Positions 39,405 to 49,871 of a stretch of 64,000 nucleotides of DNA are shown here, piece by piece. Every line of letters begins with the position of its first letter. The first letter of the stretch is position 1. This stretch comes from an uncultured Spirochaetota bacterium (GTDB lineage: Bacteria; Spirochaetota; Spirochaetia; SZUA-6; CAVTHK01): assembly GCA_963734495.1 (NCBI GenBank), contig CAVTHK010000013.1:448001-512000 (forward strand). Reading direction: 5' to 3'. The notes beneath the pieces are model-generated. The model saw nothing but the letters and a program-made list of their open reading frames with translations. It ran no database searches and was not told the DNA's origin. A program made the position numbers and the translations under genes.

Positions 39405-40827
39405 CTACCTTCCGTACTTTTCCACAAACGCCGCGAAGGCGTCCCCGAAGCACTTGACCGGCGGCTTGACGAGGCCGGCGCCGACCATCCCTATGCCCGG
39501 CTCCTTGTGCGCGATCCCGGTGTTGATGGCCGGGAGGATCCCCGTCTCGATGATCTTGAGAAGGTCTACGCCCGTCGGCGTTCCGCGGAAATCGAGGGCC
39601 GGGATCTGGTACGACTCGTTCTCCGCGGCCGTGATCTCGTACATGCGCAGCGTGGTGTTGACGGCGTCTGCCGGCGAGCCGCCGACGAACTTGACGATGG
39701 CGGGCGCCGCGGCCATCGCGAAGCCGCCGATCCCGGCGGTCTCCGTGATGACGGAGTCGCCGATGTCGGGCGCCGCGTCCTTTGCGCTGAATCCCGGCAG
39801 GTAGAGCCCCTCGACCATGGACGCGGGCCCGGTGAACCAGCGGTCGCCGAGCCCCGAAACGCGGATGCCGAAGTCGGTCCCGTTGCGCGCCATCGTCACC
39901 ACGATGGAGCTCCCCTCGATTCCCGCGGCGGGGTCCACGGTGGACTTGGCCGACGGCATCGAGAGGTTGAGGAAGAAGTGGTCGTTCCCGTTGATGAACC
40001 GGATCACGTCGCGCACGGTCTCCCGGCTCTCGTCGAGCATCACGAGGAACGGGGCGAGCTCGCGGAGGACGAGCGACGTGCCTGCCCGGTTCCTGTTGTG
40101 CCCCTCGTCGCCCATCTGCAGCACCTGGGCGATGACGTTCTTCATGTCCAGCGGCCCGTGCGCCTCGAGCGCCCGCGCGATCACCGGAGCGAGAACGCGC
40201 TCGATCCACCGCAGCCGTTCGATCACCTCGGGCGAATTGGCGCCGTAGCGCAGCACCTTGCCGAGCCCTTCGTTGAAGGTGCAGAAGGCGCGGTTGCCGA
40301 ACGCCGTGTTCTCCAGGATCCAGACAGGCATGCTCGCGGTCACCACCCCGGCCATGGGCCCCACCGCGGAATGGTGATGGCACGGCTCGAAGGTGATGTC
40401 GCCGGAGGCGGCCAGAGCTTCGGCTTCAGCGGCGTCGCGGGCCAGCCCTTCGTAGACGAGACCTCCGATGACGGCGCCGCGCATCGGACCGCACATCCGC
40501 TTCCAGGTCACGGGCGGGCCGGCATGGAGTACTGTCGTCTTGGTCATGCCCGGGACGGTGTTCAGAGCCGTGCCGACGCCCACCAGCGTCGGGACGGGCC
40601 GCCTGGATGCGGCGGACGGCTTCGGCGTTCGCGCGCCCGATGTCGAGCGCCGGGTTGGCCTCCAGGCGATCGAGCCGCGCGGCGAGCGACGGGTCCGCGG
40701 GCGGGGTCCAGGCGACCTGAACGGCGGGGACCCCCTGCTCGCGCAGGGACTGAGCGAAACCCTCGAGGCCGAGGTTGACTACCTTCAGCTCAGTTTTGAA
40801 CAGCTCGTCGATCCGGTTCGCGCTCAT
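39405..40827 (-). CDS. allG: DUF1116 / YlbE-like oxamate carbamoyltransferase subunit, frameshift near 40592
   Basis: LHAGPP, PCHHHSAVGPMAG, NEGLGKVLRYGA, MGDEGHNRN, MARNGTDFG, DIGDSVITE, INTGIAHK. Confidence 0.88.
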
Positions 40828-42559
40828 CGGTTGCGCCCCCTGGCTGCCCCGCGGCTTCGCGCGGGCTTCGCCGCGCGCCGGCCGCGTGCCTGACGCCTTG
40901 CGGCTGGAACTCGCGGCTTTCCGCCCCCGCCGCGCGGGCGCTGCCGACGCCTTGCGGCTGGGACTCGCGCGCTTTCCGCCCTCGCCGCGCCAGGCGCTCC
41001 ATGATCCGCAGCGCCAGCCTCGCCGCCTGGAAATTTGACGGCATCACGACCACGCCGGCCGACTCGAGCCTGCTCTTCTGCGCGTCCAGCCCCTGGAAAT
41101 CGCCTGCGGTCCCTGTGACCGAGGCGATCACCGAAAGGTGGCCGCGGCGCCGAGCGAAGCGCGCCTTGGCTTCGGCGATCGGCCCGGCGATGGCGCCGGC
41201 CGGGTCTGCGTGCGAGCCGTAGCCCAGCACGAGGTCGAGCAGGACTGACCGCGACCTCCGGGTCCTCGGCCTCCTGAACCAAGCCGTTCCACCCGGATCG
41301 AGGGATCGATCATCGGGTGAGGCCTTCCCACTGTAAATTTGTCATCCCCGAGGTCGACGATCGTGTTCGCCTTCGACGCGCGCGGGTCAGCGAGGACGAA
41401 AGCGGGGTCCGTCTGATTGTTGGAGTAGACGCCGCCCGGCAGACCGCTGAGGACGATCATCGCCTCATCAGCCAGGGTTCCACCGGTGAACAGGCCCCGC
41501 AGCCACCGCTGACGTCTTCCCATCCTTCGCGTCTCGGCCGCCGCGATCGACTCGATCTCGGGCTCAGTCAGGGTGAAGGGCCCCCGCCGCCCGGCGCCGC
41601 GCCCGCGCTCGAGAGCCACTGCCATGACCGCGGTCTCCTCGAGGCTCGAGGCGAAGTGAACCGAATCCGGGCTCTCCGCGGCCGCAGGCGCCGGCATCCC
41701 GACGAAAGTGCACGACCGCAGGTTTGCCCGCGTCGACCAGCGCCGCGATCACCCTGGCAGCGACCGCAGGCGCGGGCGGTTTGGATACGACCGCGATCAC
41801 GCGCGTGCCCGCGTCGCGCGCGAGCGCCTCGATGCCGGCGAGCATGGTCATGCCGCCCACTCGTTCGTCCTTGAGGTCGCGGCCGCCGGTCCCGATCGCC
41901 TGCGAGACGCCCGCGCCGAGCTTCTCGATGCAGCAGGTGACCTCCTGCAGGCCGCTGCCGGCCGCCGCGACGACGCCGATCGCGCCGCGACGCACCACGT
42001 TCGCAAAACAGAGCGGCCTGCCGTTGATGATGGCCGTACCGCAGTCAGGCCCCATCATCAGCAGCCCGCGCTCACGGGCAAGCTTCTTGAGGCTGATCTC
42101 GTCCTCGAGGCCGACGTTGTCCGAGAAAAGCATGACGTGCAGACCGCGCAGCAGCGCCCGCCTCGCCTCCCGCGCGGCGTAGGCGCCGGGCAGCGAGATG
42201 ACCGCCACGTTGGCCCCGGGGAGCTCCTTGAGCGCGGCGTCGAGGCTCGCCGGCCTGTGCTCGCCGCTCTGAGCGCCCGCTCCGCCTCCCCTGTTCTGGA
42301 CGAGGCGCTGCGCTGCCTCGAGCGCCTCGTCCAGCGCTTGTGCCGTCGCGCCTTCGAGGGCGATGACCAGGTCGTTCGGGGTGGCCGCCGCGATCTCTGG
42401 CGCACGGTATCCCATGTCGCCCAGAAGCTGCTTGTTGGTGTCGGTGGCCATGGCGACGACCGCATCCGAGACGCCGTCGAGCTTTCTGGCCTCCTGACTG
42501 ATCAGCATCAGAAGCACGGAGTCGTAGTAGGAGTCCTTCCGCACGAGGACCTTTTTCAC
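40824..42559 (-). CDS. fdrA: Acyl-CoA synthetase FdrA / AllF, frameshifts near 41706, 41282 and 41247; exact stop uncertain (40824 or 40790)
   Basis: YYDSVLLM, MLFSDNV, MGPDCGT, GTGGRDL, SKPP, GLFTGGTL, DLGDDKFTVGRPHPMIDP, LGYGSHADPA. Confidence 0.9.
40892..40990. repeat. Direct repeat of about 45 bp, period 54
   Basis: GACGCCTTGCGGCTGGRACTCGCG(C)GCTTTCCGCCCYCGCCGCGC at 40892 and 40946. Confidence 0.85.
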
Positions 42560-42743
42560 GGCATCACCTCACGACACGGAACGGCCTGAGCATTATGGCT
42601 GGAAACCGGCCACGCTTCAACGCATCGCCGGCACCCGCTTCCGCCCGCGGCGCCGCGCAAGGACGGCGGATCGCTGCCCCGGCCGGGCGCGCCGGGCGAC
42701 CGTCGGCTGCAAAATTCGCAATGCACGCCGGCCCGCGGGCGCG

Positions 42744-43586
42744 TTGACGAGGGTAGGGACGCGGCAAGGGGCAGGACCCCGGGAGGCGCAGCCGGTGTAT
42801 CGGCTTCACGAACTGCTGCGGGCGTTCGCCTGCCACCACGGCGAGATGCTCAACGCCAGCGCGATCGCGCGCACCCTGGGGACCACTCCTTTCCAGGTCG
42901 GCCGCCACATGCGCCGGCTCAAGGCTGCCGGCTATCTGCGGGCCCTGCCCGCCCTGCCAGAGCCCTGCCCCGCCGACATGATCCGCAAGCAGCGACTGTA
43001 CCTGAGGCCGCGAGGCTGGAAGCAGGCCTTTGTCAGGGCCGAGAATCCCGACGGCTGCGTGCGCGTGCCGATCCAGGGAGAGCTCGCCGCCCGAATCACC
43101 GATGGCGTGATCGAGCGGGAGAGCTCGCCGGGCCGCCGCCACCCCAGCAGCTTCCACTCCATGGGCCGTTACCGGCGTCGCGGCGTCGACCTCATCGTCA
43201 CGCGGCATTCGGGTCGCAGGATCGGCTTCTCCTTCGAGCCGCGCGGCACGGACCGGAACGCGTCACAGGCCGCCAGGGCCCTGCGCGAAGCGCTGCGGAA
43301 GCGCTGGATTCACGCAGCCATCCTGGTGACCTGCGAAGGGCTCCCCTGGGTGCGCGCCGGCGACGTGCTCAGCGTCCCGGGTCCACTCCTGCTGGCGCTG
43401 TACAGTCGCTGGACCTCGGACGCCGTGGCATCCGAGAACATGTACGACCTGCTGACGTGGATCAGGGACCAGATGGAGATCCTGATCGGCGGCTTCAGCG
43501 ACCCGCGCCGTCCGATGGGGCTGGACTTTCAATACGAAGCCCTCGATGATGACGAGTGGTTGCCCGAGGTGCTGCGTCCTCCGTGA
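42744..43586 (+). CDS. DUF4143-like protein (wHTH + degenerate PD-(D/E)xK fold) lacking the ATPase domain; start uncertain
   Basis: HHGEMLNASAIARTLG, IRKQRLYLR, VDLIV...IGF resemble the C-terminal half of AAA_14/DUF4143 proteins. Confidence 0.6.
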   Translation: MTRVGTRQGAGPREAQPVYRLHELLRAFACHHGEMLNASAIARTLGTTPFQVGRHMRRLKAAGYLRALPALPEPCPADMIRKQRLYLRPRGWKQAFVRAENPDGCVRVPIQGELAARITDGVIERESSPGRRHPSSFHSMGRYRRRGVDLIVTRHSGRRIGFSFEPRGTDRNASQAARALREALRKRWIHAAILVTCEGLPWVRAGDVLSVPGPLLLALYSRWTSDAVASENMYDLLTWIRDQMEILIGGFSDPRRPMGLDFQYEALDDDEWLPEVLRPP

Positions 43587-43625
43587 GATCACGCGCCGGC
43601 GGGCACCGCACGCGGCGCAGCTCGA

Positions 43626-44438
43626 TCACGGGATCCCGCCGGCGCGCCACACGAACCCGAGGAGCGCGTCGGTGCCCGAAGTCTCGCCGTGGGCGACGGC
43701 CTCCCGCACCGCCGCGCGCACGTCCTCGGCCGACCGCGACGCATCGAGCCGGGCGAGGAACCGCAGGAGGTACGCCGGGTAGCTGCCGCGCAGCGCGAGC
43801 GTAAGGAGCGTCCTGCCGCCTGGGGTGGTCCGCGAGAGGCCCAGGCCGACCGACTCGCGGTCGATCGGCCGGCCGCGGGCGCCCCCGACACACTCCTCCG
43901 CCAGCAGCGCGCCCGCCAGGAAGTCGTCGCCCGACGGCGTGAACCCGGGCCCCAGGCCCACCAGGCCGCCTTCGAAGCCCGAGGCGGCCGCGGCGCTTGC
44001 CCCGCGAAGCAGTGCACGCGCCTTGGCGCCGAATGGGTTCGTGTCCGTCGGCACGATCACCCCCAGGAAGCCGCCGGGCACGCCGCAGGAGCGCAGGGCC
44101 GCGGCAACTGACCCGACACGGGCGCGGCCGAGCGCCGGGCGGGATACGGGCCGCCCCTCCCACACCACGGCGCCGTCGAGGCTGACGCGGCCCCTGCCGC
44201 TCACCCGCAGCCCGGCGCCCGACACGGCGTCGCCCGGAGCGATCCCCCCCGGAAAGCGGGGCACGAGCACCGCCATTCCGGTCATGTCGGCCTCGCGCAG
44301 CAGGAGCGACACCAGCAGGCCCGACGGCTCGTCGAGCACGTTGACGGCGGCGGCATGAACCGACAGGACGCGGCCGCTCACCGCTTCGGGCACGAACGCC
44401 CCGCGCGCCGTGGCCTGCACCGCTTCGGGCTCATCCAC
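43626..44438 (-). CDS. allH: DUF2877 / YlbF-like oxamate carbamoyltransferase subunit
   Basis: VLSVHAAAVN, LVGLGPGFTPSGDDFLAG, GETSGTD; GGGAG RBS. Confidence 0.85.
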   Translation of the reverse strand: MDEPEAVQATARGAFVPEAVSGRVLSVHAAAVNVLDEPSGLLVSLLLREADMTGMAVLVPRFPGGIAPGDAVSGAGLRVSGRGRVSLDGAVVWEGRPVSRPALGRARVGSVAAALRSCGVPGGFLGVIVPTDTNPFGAKARALLRGASAAAASGFEGGLVGLGPGFTPSGDDFLAGALLAEECVGGARGRPIDRESVGLGLSRTTPGGRTLLTLALRGSYPAYLLRFLARLDASRSAEDVRAAVREAVAHGETSGTDALLGFVWRAGGIP

Positions 44439-44462
44439 CGCGCAGCTCCCTTCATTTTTTGT

Positions 44463-44488
44463 TTGACAACCAACGGGGCGCGTGTCAA
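44463..44488. promoter_or_regulatory. Inverted repeat TTGACA-N14-TGTCAA between divergent allH and the permease
   Basis: Perfect 6+6 dyad in an AT-enriched intergenic region. Confidence 0.45.
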
Positions 44489-44544
44489 CATCGCGGCAAG
44501 CGCATGTCCCCGTGCGCCGCACCCTACAAGATAAGGAGCACAGG

Positions 44545-45925
44545 ATGGCCAAACAAGAAGGAAAGGTCCTCGGGTACCTGCCCGCAGACACGCCGCCCTT
44601 CGGGGCGATGGTGAGCCTGGGGTTCCAGCAGGTACTGACGATGTTCCCGGCGACGGTCCTGGTCGCGATACTGACAAAATTCGACGTCGGTGTGACGCTG
44701 CTCGCGTCCGGGGTGGGCACGATCGTCGCGCTCCTGGTTTCGGGCCGCAGGATCCCGATGTACTACGGGTCGAGCTTCAGCTACATCACCGTGGTCATCA
44801 CGGTGATGAACCTCTATGCCCCGCAGGCGTTCGCGGATAAGAACATCCACTACGTGGCCGAGGGCGTCCGCATCGTCCAGGTCGGCATCGTCGGCACGGC
44901 GGTCGTCGAGATCCTGGTCGGGTCTGCTCATCATGCGCGTCGGCAAGGCGGCGCTCGACAAAGTCCTTCCGCCTGTCATCACCGGCAGCGTCGCGATGGT
45001 CATCGGAGTCGCGCTCGCGGGCGCGGCCCTCGGCTCGGCCTCGGCCAACTGGTTCATCGCGATCGTCACGCTGCTGTTCACGATCGGCTTCTCCGTCTAC
45101 CTGCAGGGCAAGGGCCTGCTCGGGATGCTCCCGATCCTGCTCGGCGCCGTGGTCGGCTACGTAGTCGCGGCTCTGATGGGGATCGTGAGCTTCGGCCCCT
45201 TCGTCGACTCGCAGTGGCTGCGCGTTCCGAGGATCACCTTCCCGGCTTTTGAAGACCCGCGGGCCTGGTCCATCGTCGTGAGCGTCGCGCTGATCGCCAT
45301 AGCGACGATACCCGAGAGCACCGCCCACCTGTACCAGATGAGCCTCTACATCGACGCCCTCGCGAAAGAGCTCGGCAAACCGGCCATCGAGATCAAGAAG
45401 CTCATCGGCCTGAACCTGGTCGCGGACGGCGCCGACGACGTCGTCGTCGGCATGCTCGGCGGCTGCGCGGGCACGAACTACGGCGAGAACAACAGCCTCA
45501 TGGCCATCACCCGCAACTACTCCGTCCCGGTCTTGATGTGCGCCGGAGTGATCGCGATCCTCCTCGGCTTCGTCGGGAAGCTCGCAGGGTTGGTGGAAAC
45601 CATCCCCGCGGCCGTCACCGGCGGCCTCTCGATCTACCTCTTCGGCGTCATCGGCATGCAGGGCGTCGCCCTCATCCAGTCCGAGCGCGTCAACCTCTTT
45701 GAGCCGCGCCAGCTCGCCGTCGGAGCGACGATCCTGATCCTCGGGATCGGCGGCGCCATGGGGTTGCCCAACGGGCTTTTCCCCTTCCCCATCCCGATCC
45801 TGTTCCCGAGCGGGATCCCCGCCATCGTGTTCTCCGCGATCTGCGGCATCGTCCTGAACCTGATCTTCCTCGTGATGCCGCCCGCGATGTTCGGCGTCAA
45901 GGAGCGCGAGAACATCAACTATTAG
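44545..45925 (+). CDS. NCS2 xanthine/uracil permease, frameshift near 44920
   Basis: GFQQVLTMF, YYGSSFSY, LPPVITG, IPESTAH, GTNYGENN, LFGVIG; AAGGAG RBS. Confidence 0.9.
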
Positions 45926-46000
45926 AGTATGTTGAACGAAGGCATCCGCGCCGAAGCGAACGCCTCCCCTCGGGGAGGCGTTCGCGTTTTGCGGGGCGCG

Positions 46001-46559
46001 CTACCGGCGGCGGCCGCGGCACGAGGGCCTGCGGCAGATCCTCCAGCGGGATCGCCGGCTCGCCGTCGGGGCCGTCGACCAGCCGCTCGCGCAGGCAGCA
46101 GCGCAGCTGCATCCAGCGCGCCACCGCGCGCTCGACGGCCTTCGCCGCGTCGTCGTCGCCCGCCCGGACGCGCGCGTAGCGGCGCAGGATCCGGCCGCGC
46201 GTCGCGGCGTACAGCAGCAGGGCAGCGGCGAACACGACGGCGGACGCCAGCGCGAGCGACGGCTGCTCCCGCGACGCGCGCACGAGCGCGACCGCGACGA
46301 CAAGCGCAAAACCGCCGGCGAGCGCGTCCGGGTGTACGGTCCGCGTGACGCGGCGCTCGCCCGAGGGCGGGCCCACGAGGCGGAGCAGCCGACGCAGGGC
46401 GCGGATGCGAAGCCAGCCGCGGAAGCCGGCTTCCGCCCCCAGCGCGCGCGCAGCGGCTCGGATAAATCGCCCGCGGCGCCGAAGAGCGCCTCGAGCGCTT
46501 CCATGTAGATCGCGCTCAGACGGGCGGTCGGCCCGCCGCAGCGGGCGCAGGCGGGTCAT
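46001..46559 (-). CDS. Hypothetical membrane protein with N-terminal CxxC, frameshifted
   Basis: Reconstructed MTACARCGG...SAIYME, two TMs, RWMQLRCC C-terminus across frames. Confidence 0.45.
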
Positions 46560-46562
46560 CGC

Positions 46563-46841
46563 TCATATCGACGTCGTCAGCACCGCGAATCCGAGCGCGA
46601 CCGGGACCCACCACCACGCCTTCGCTTCCATGGCGGGCCGCGCGGCAGGGCCCCGGCGGCCGCGGCCGCGCCCGCGAGCACGAGGGCCAGCCCGAGCACG
46701 AAGAGCGGCCACCTGCGGATCAGCCGGGGCCGGGCGCCTTGGCCGGAGTCGCGCGAACAGCACTCGCTGCGCGCGGATGAGCCGCAGGTAGAAGAGCACC
46801 GCCGCGGCCGCGGCCGCGATCACGCCGAGATCCACTTCCAC
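46563..46841 (-). CDS. Small hypothetical membrane protein (possibly with internal indels)
   Basis: Hydrophobic N- and C-termini; upstream TTGACA-17 nt-CAATTT. Confidence 0.45.
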   Translation of the reverse strand: MEVDLGVIAAAAAAVLFYLRLIRAQRVLFARLRPRRPAPADPQVAALRARAGPRARGRGRGRRGPAARPAMEAKAWWWVPVALGFAVLTTSI

Positions 46842-46872
46842 GCCGACAAATTGAGCGCTACGGGGCGACCTG

Positions 46873-48153
46873 TCAAGAATGCCGCCCGGGCAGCCCGGGC
46901 GGACCTTTCTGAGCGGGTTTCCGGCGGGTCAGCACGAGGTTCAGCAGCACGCCGGCAGCCAGCGCGAGGGCCACGCCTGAGAGGGCGACGGGGTCCGCGG
47001 CGAACTGCGCGCCTCCCACGCCCAGCACCAGCATGAAGGCGATCACCATGAGGGGGCGCGGTCCCGCGGCGTCGACCCGCGCCTCGACCAGCCGCCGGAT
47101 CGCGTGAACGCAAAGCGCGCCGTAGAGGAGGATCGAGATGCCGCCGATGGCGACGCGCGGCAGGGATGCGATCGCGGCGCCCACCTTGGGCATGAACGCG
47201 AGCGCGATCATCGCGAACGCGGCCCACCGGATGGGGGCGTTGTCGGTCTGCCCCGTCGTGGCTGCCAGGCCCATGCTCTCGCTCGAAAACGAGAGCGGAG
47301 GGCCGCCGACCGCCGACGAAAGGACGGTCGCGCCGCCCGTGGCCAGCAGCGTCCTCACGAGCGTGGGATCCCGCAGGTAGTCTTCGCCTGTCACCGCCTC
47401 CATTGCGAGAACGTCGGCGACGTGCTCGATGGCGGCCACGAGCCCGACGGCCACGGCCGTGAGAATGAGCTGAGGAGCGATGCGCGGCAGGGAGAAGTGC
47501 GGCAGTCCGACCCACGGCGCCTTCAGCACCAGCGTGAAATCGACGATGCCCAGAGGCAGCGCGACGAGGGTCCCCGCCGCGAGGGCCGCCAATGCCGGCA
47601 GCTGGGTCCCGCGGCGCAGGCCCCACCGCGGAAACGCGAGCTGAACCATGACGCCGGCGGTCAGGGCGATCCCGGCCACCAGCCATGCCCCCCAGGGGCC
47701 GACACGGTCGACCACGGCGGGCGAGGTGCCGCCGGCGGCCGCCTGAACCGCCACGGGCGCAAGCGCCAGCCCGAGAACGAGCACCGTCGTCGCGGTGACG
47801 TGCGCCGGGAGCAACCGCCGCAGCGTGGGCGCGGGGACGAGCCTCAGCCCGACCGCGGCGACGACGAAGACCAGCCCTGCGAGCCCTGCGACTCCGGCTG
47901 CCTGGGCCGATCCGTGCGCCTTCGCAGTCGAGACCAGCACGTAGGCGAAGGAGTACGAGCTCCCGAGCAGAACCGGGATCCGGGAGCGGGTGACGTACTG
48001 GAAGATGAGGGTGCCTGCCCCGGCGCACAGCAGCGCCATGCTCGCGTCCAGCCCCATCAGGAGCGGGAGCGCGGCGATCGAAGGCAGGGCAAGCAGCGCC
48101 TGCTGGAGTCCCAGGCGCAGGGGCTCGCGCGGGTCTTTCACGGGCGTTTTCAC
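46873..48153 (-). CDS. Second NCS2 uracil/xanthine permease (divergent)
   Basis: LGLQQ, IPVLLGSSYSF, IEHVAD, GGPPLSFSSE, GGISILLYG; overlaps the apt stop. Confidence 0.85.
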   Translation of the reverse strand: MKTPVKDPREPLRLGLQQALLALPSIAALPLLMGLDASMALLCAGAGTLIFQYVTRSRIPVLLGSSYSFAYVLVSTAKAHGSAQAAGVAGLAGLVFVVAAVGLRLVPAPTLRRLLPAHVTATTVLVLGLALAPVAVQAAAGGTSPAVVDRVGPWGAWLVAGIALTAGVMVQLAFPRWGLRRGTQLPALAALAAGTLVALPLGIVDFTLVLKAPWVGLPHFSLPRIAPQLILTAVAVGLVAAIEHVADVLAMEAVTGEDYLRDPTLVRTLLATGGATVLSSAVGGPPLSFSSESMGLAATTGQTDNAPIRWAAFAMIALAFMPKVGAAIASLPRVAIGGISILLYGALCVHAIRRLVEARVDAAGPRPLMVIAFMLVLGVGGAQFAADPVALSGVALALAAGVLLNLVLTRRKPAQKGPPGLPGRHS

Positions 48154-48677
48154 TCGCCGTGGTAGTCGACGAGTGTCGTCACGTCGTAGCCGGCGAGCAC
48201 CCGGTCGTAGTGAAGGAACGGCAGGCCGATGACGCCGAAAATCGCGCCCACGCGCGCGCCTCCGGCGGCCAGCAGCCCCGCGGCAGCCTTCAGCGTACCT
48301 CCTGTCGCGATCAGGTCGTCGACCAGCAGCACGACGGCGCCCGGCCGCACGTCGGAGCGGTGGACTTGGATGGCGTCCTCCCCGTACTCGAGTGCGAATT
48401 TTGCAGTCAGCGTCTCGCCGGGAAGCTTCCCCTTCTTTCTGAGGAGGATCAGGGGAAGGCGAAGCCTGTCGGCGAGCGGTGCGGCAAAGACGAACCCCCG
48501 CGCTTCGATGGCCGCCACGGCGTCGAACCCCCTGGACCGGTAGAGGCTCTCCATCCGGTCGATGCACCATCGAAACGCCTCGGGCGTCGTCAGGATCCCC
48601 GTGACGTCGTAGAACAGAATGCCCGGCTTCGGGAAGTCGGGCACCTTGCGGACTGCGCGATCCAGGTCGTACTCCAT
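48150..48677 (-). CDS. apt: Adenine phosphoribosyltransferase
   Basis: VPDFPKPGILFYD, IEARGF, RKKGKLPG, LEYG, VDDLIATGGT. Confidence 0.96.
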   Translation of the reverse strand: MEYDLDRAVRKVPDFPKPGILFYDVTGILTTPEAFRWCIDRMESLYRSRGFDAVAAIEARGFVFAAPLADRLRLPLILLRKKGKLPGETLTAKFALEYGEDAIQVHRSDVRPGAVVLLVDDLIATGGTLKAAAGLLAAGGARVGAIFGVIGLPFLHYDRVLAGYDVTTLVDYHGE

Positions 48678-48797
48678 GTCTCCCCCCGGCAGGCCCGGGG
48701 CATTCTACCCGCTCGCCGGCGGAACGGGAATCCCCGGCGCCGGATGCTTGTACCTTCCGCGCCGCCCCTGCTATCATCACGCGGTCGGAGGCTTGCC

Positions 48798-49847
48798 GTG
48801 TTACGCACTCCGCTCTACGAGAGGCACGTCGCCGCGGGCGCGCGCATGATCCCGTTCGCCGGCTGGGAGATGCCCGTTCAATACACGGGCATCATCGAGG
48901 AGCACCTCCATACGCGAGGCAGCGCGAGCCTGTTCGACACCTCCCACATGGGGGAGTTCCGGCTGTCGGGGCCGGGCGCCTTCGCGCACATCGACCGGCT
49001 CTTCACCGGCCGGCTCGACAACCTCGCGATCGGCCGCGGCCGCTACGGCTTCCTGCTCAATCCCGAGGGAGGCGTGATCGACGACATCATGGTCTTCCGC
49101 GCGGCGGAATCCGAGCTGTTCCTGGTCGTCAACGCAGCCACGACGGCCAAGGACCGGGCCTGGATCAGCCAGTCTCTGGGCGGGACGACCTTTCGCGACG
49201 AGTCCGCCGAGACCGCCATGATTGCGCTGCAGGGGCCGAGGGCCGCCGAGGTGCTCGAAGCGCACGCGCCGGCGGCCGTCGCGCTCAAGCGGTTCGCCCT
49301 GGCGCGGGCTACGATCGGGACGATCGACTGCGTCGTGAGCCGCACGGGCTACACCGGCGAGGACGGCTTCGAGGTTTTTGCGCCAGGGGCCGGCGCGGCG
49401 CGGGTGTGGGACCTTCTTCTCGAGAATCCGATCGTGAAGCCCGCCGGCCTCGGCGCCCGCGACACTCTGCGGCTGGAAAAGGGCTATTCGCTGTACGGCA
49501 ACGACATCGACGACCGGCGCTCCCCGCGCGAAGCGGACCTGATGCGGTTCGTGCACATGGCCAAGGACTTCGTCGGCCGCGCAGCTCTCGAGAAACGGGG
49601 GGAGCCGCGGGAAATCCTGATCGGGTTCGTATGCGAAAGCCGGCGCAGCCCCCGCGCGCATTTCCAGGCGCGCGCAGAAGGGAAATTTGTCGGCGAAGTG
49701 ACCAGCGGGGGCTTTTCGCCTGTCCTGAAAACGGGCATCGGGCTGTGCTACATCGCGGCCGAGCTCGCCTCGGAGGGCCGCGAGGTCGTCGTGACCGACG
49801 GCAAGGTGGAGATTCCGGCGCGCCTGAAACGGCCGCCGCTTGTGTAA
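48798..49847 (+). CDS. gcvT: Glycine cleavage aminomethyltransferase T
   Basis: RTPLYERH, FAGWEMPVQY, FDTSHMGE, SRTGYTGEDGFE, GLGARDTLRLE. Confidence 0.95.
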   Translation: MLRTPLYERHVAAGARMIPFAGWEMPVQYTGIIEEHLHTRGSASLFDTSHMGEFRLSGPGAFAHIDRLFTGRLDNLAIGRGRYGFLLNPEGGVIDDIMVFRAAESELFLVVNAATTAKDRAWISQSLGGTTFRDESAETAMIALQGPRAAEVLEAHAPAAVALKRFALARATIGTIDCVVSRTGYTGEDGFEVFAPGAGAARVWDLLLENPIVKPAGLGARDTLRLEKGYSLYGNDIDDRRSPREADLMRFVHMAKDFVGRAALEKRGEPREILIGFVCESRRSPRAHFQARAEGKFVGEVTSGGFSPVLKTGIGLCYIAAELASEGREVVVTDGKVEIPARLKRPPLV

Positions 49848-49871
49848 AGTTCGGCACCGCAGGAGGAAGAG

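Noticed and set aside
48678-48797. Glycine riboswitch before gcvT
   Set aside because: Only 120 bp, shared with the divergent apt promoter region, and no recognisable aptamer motifs
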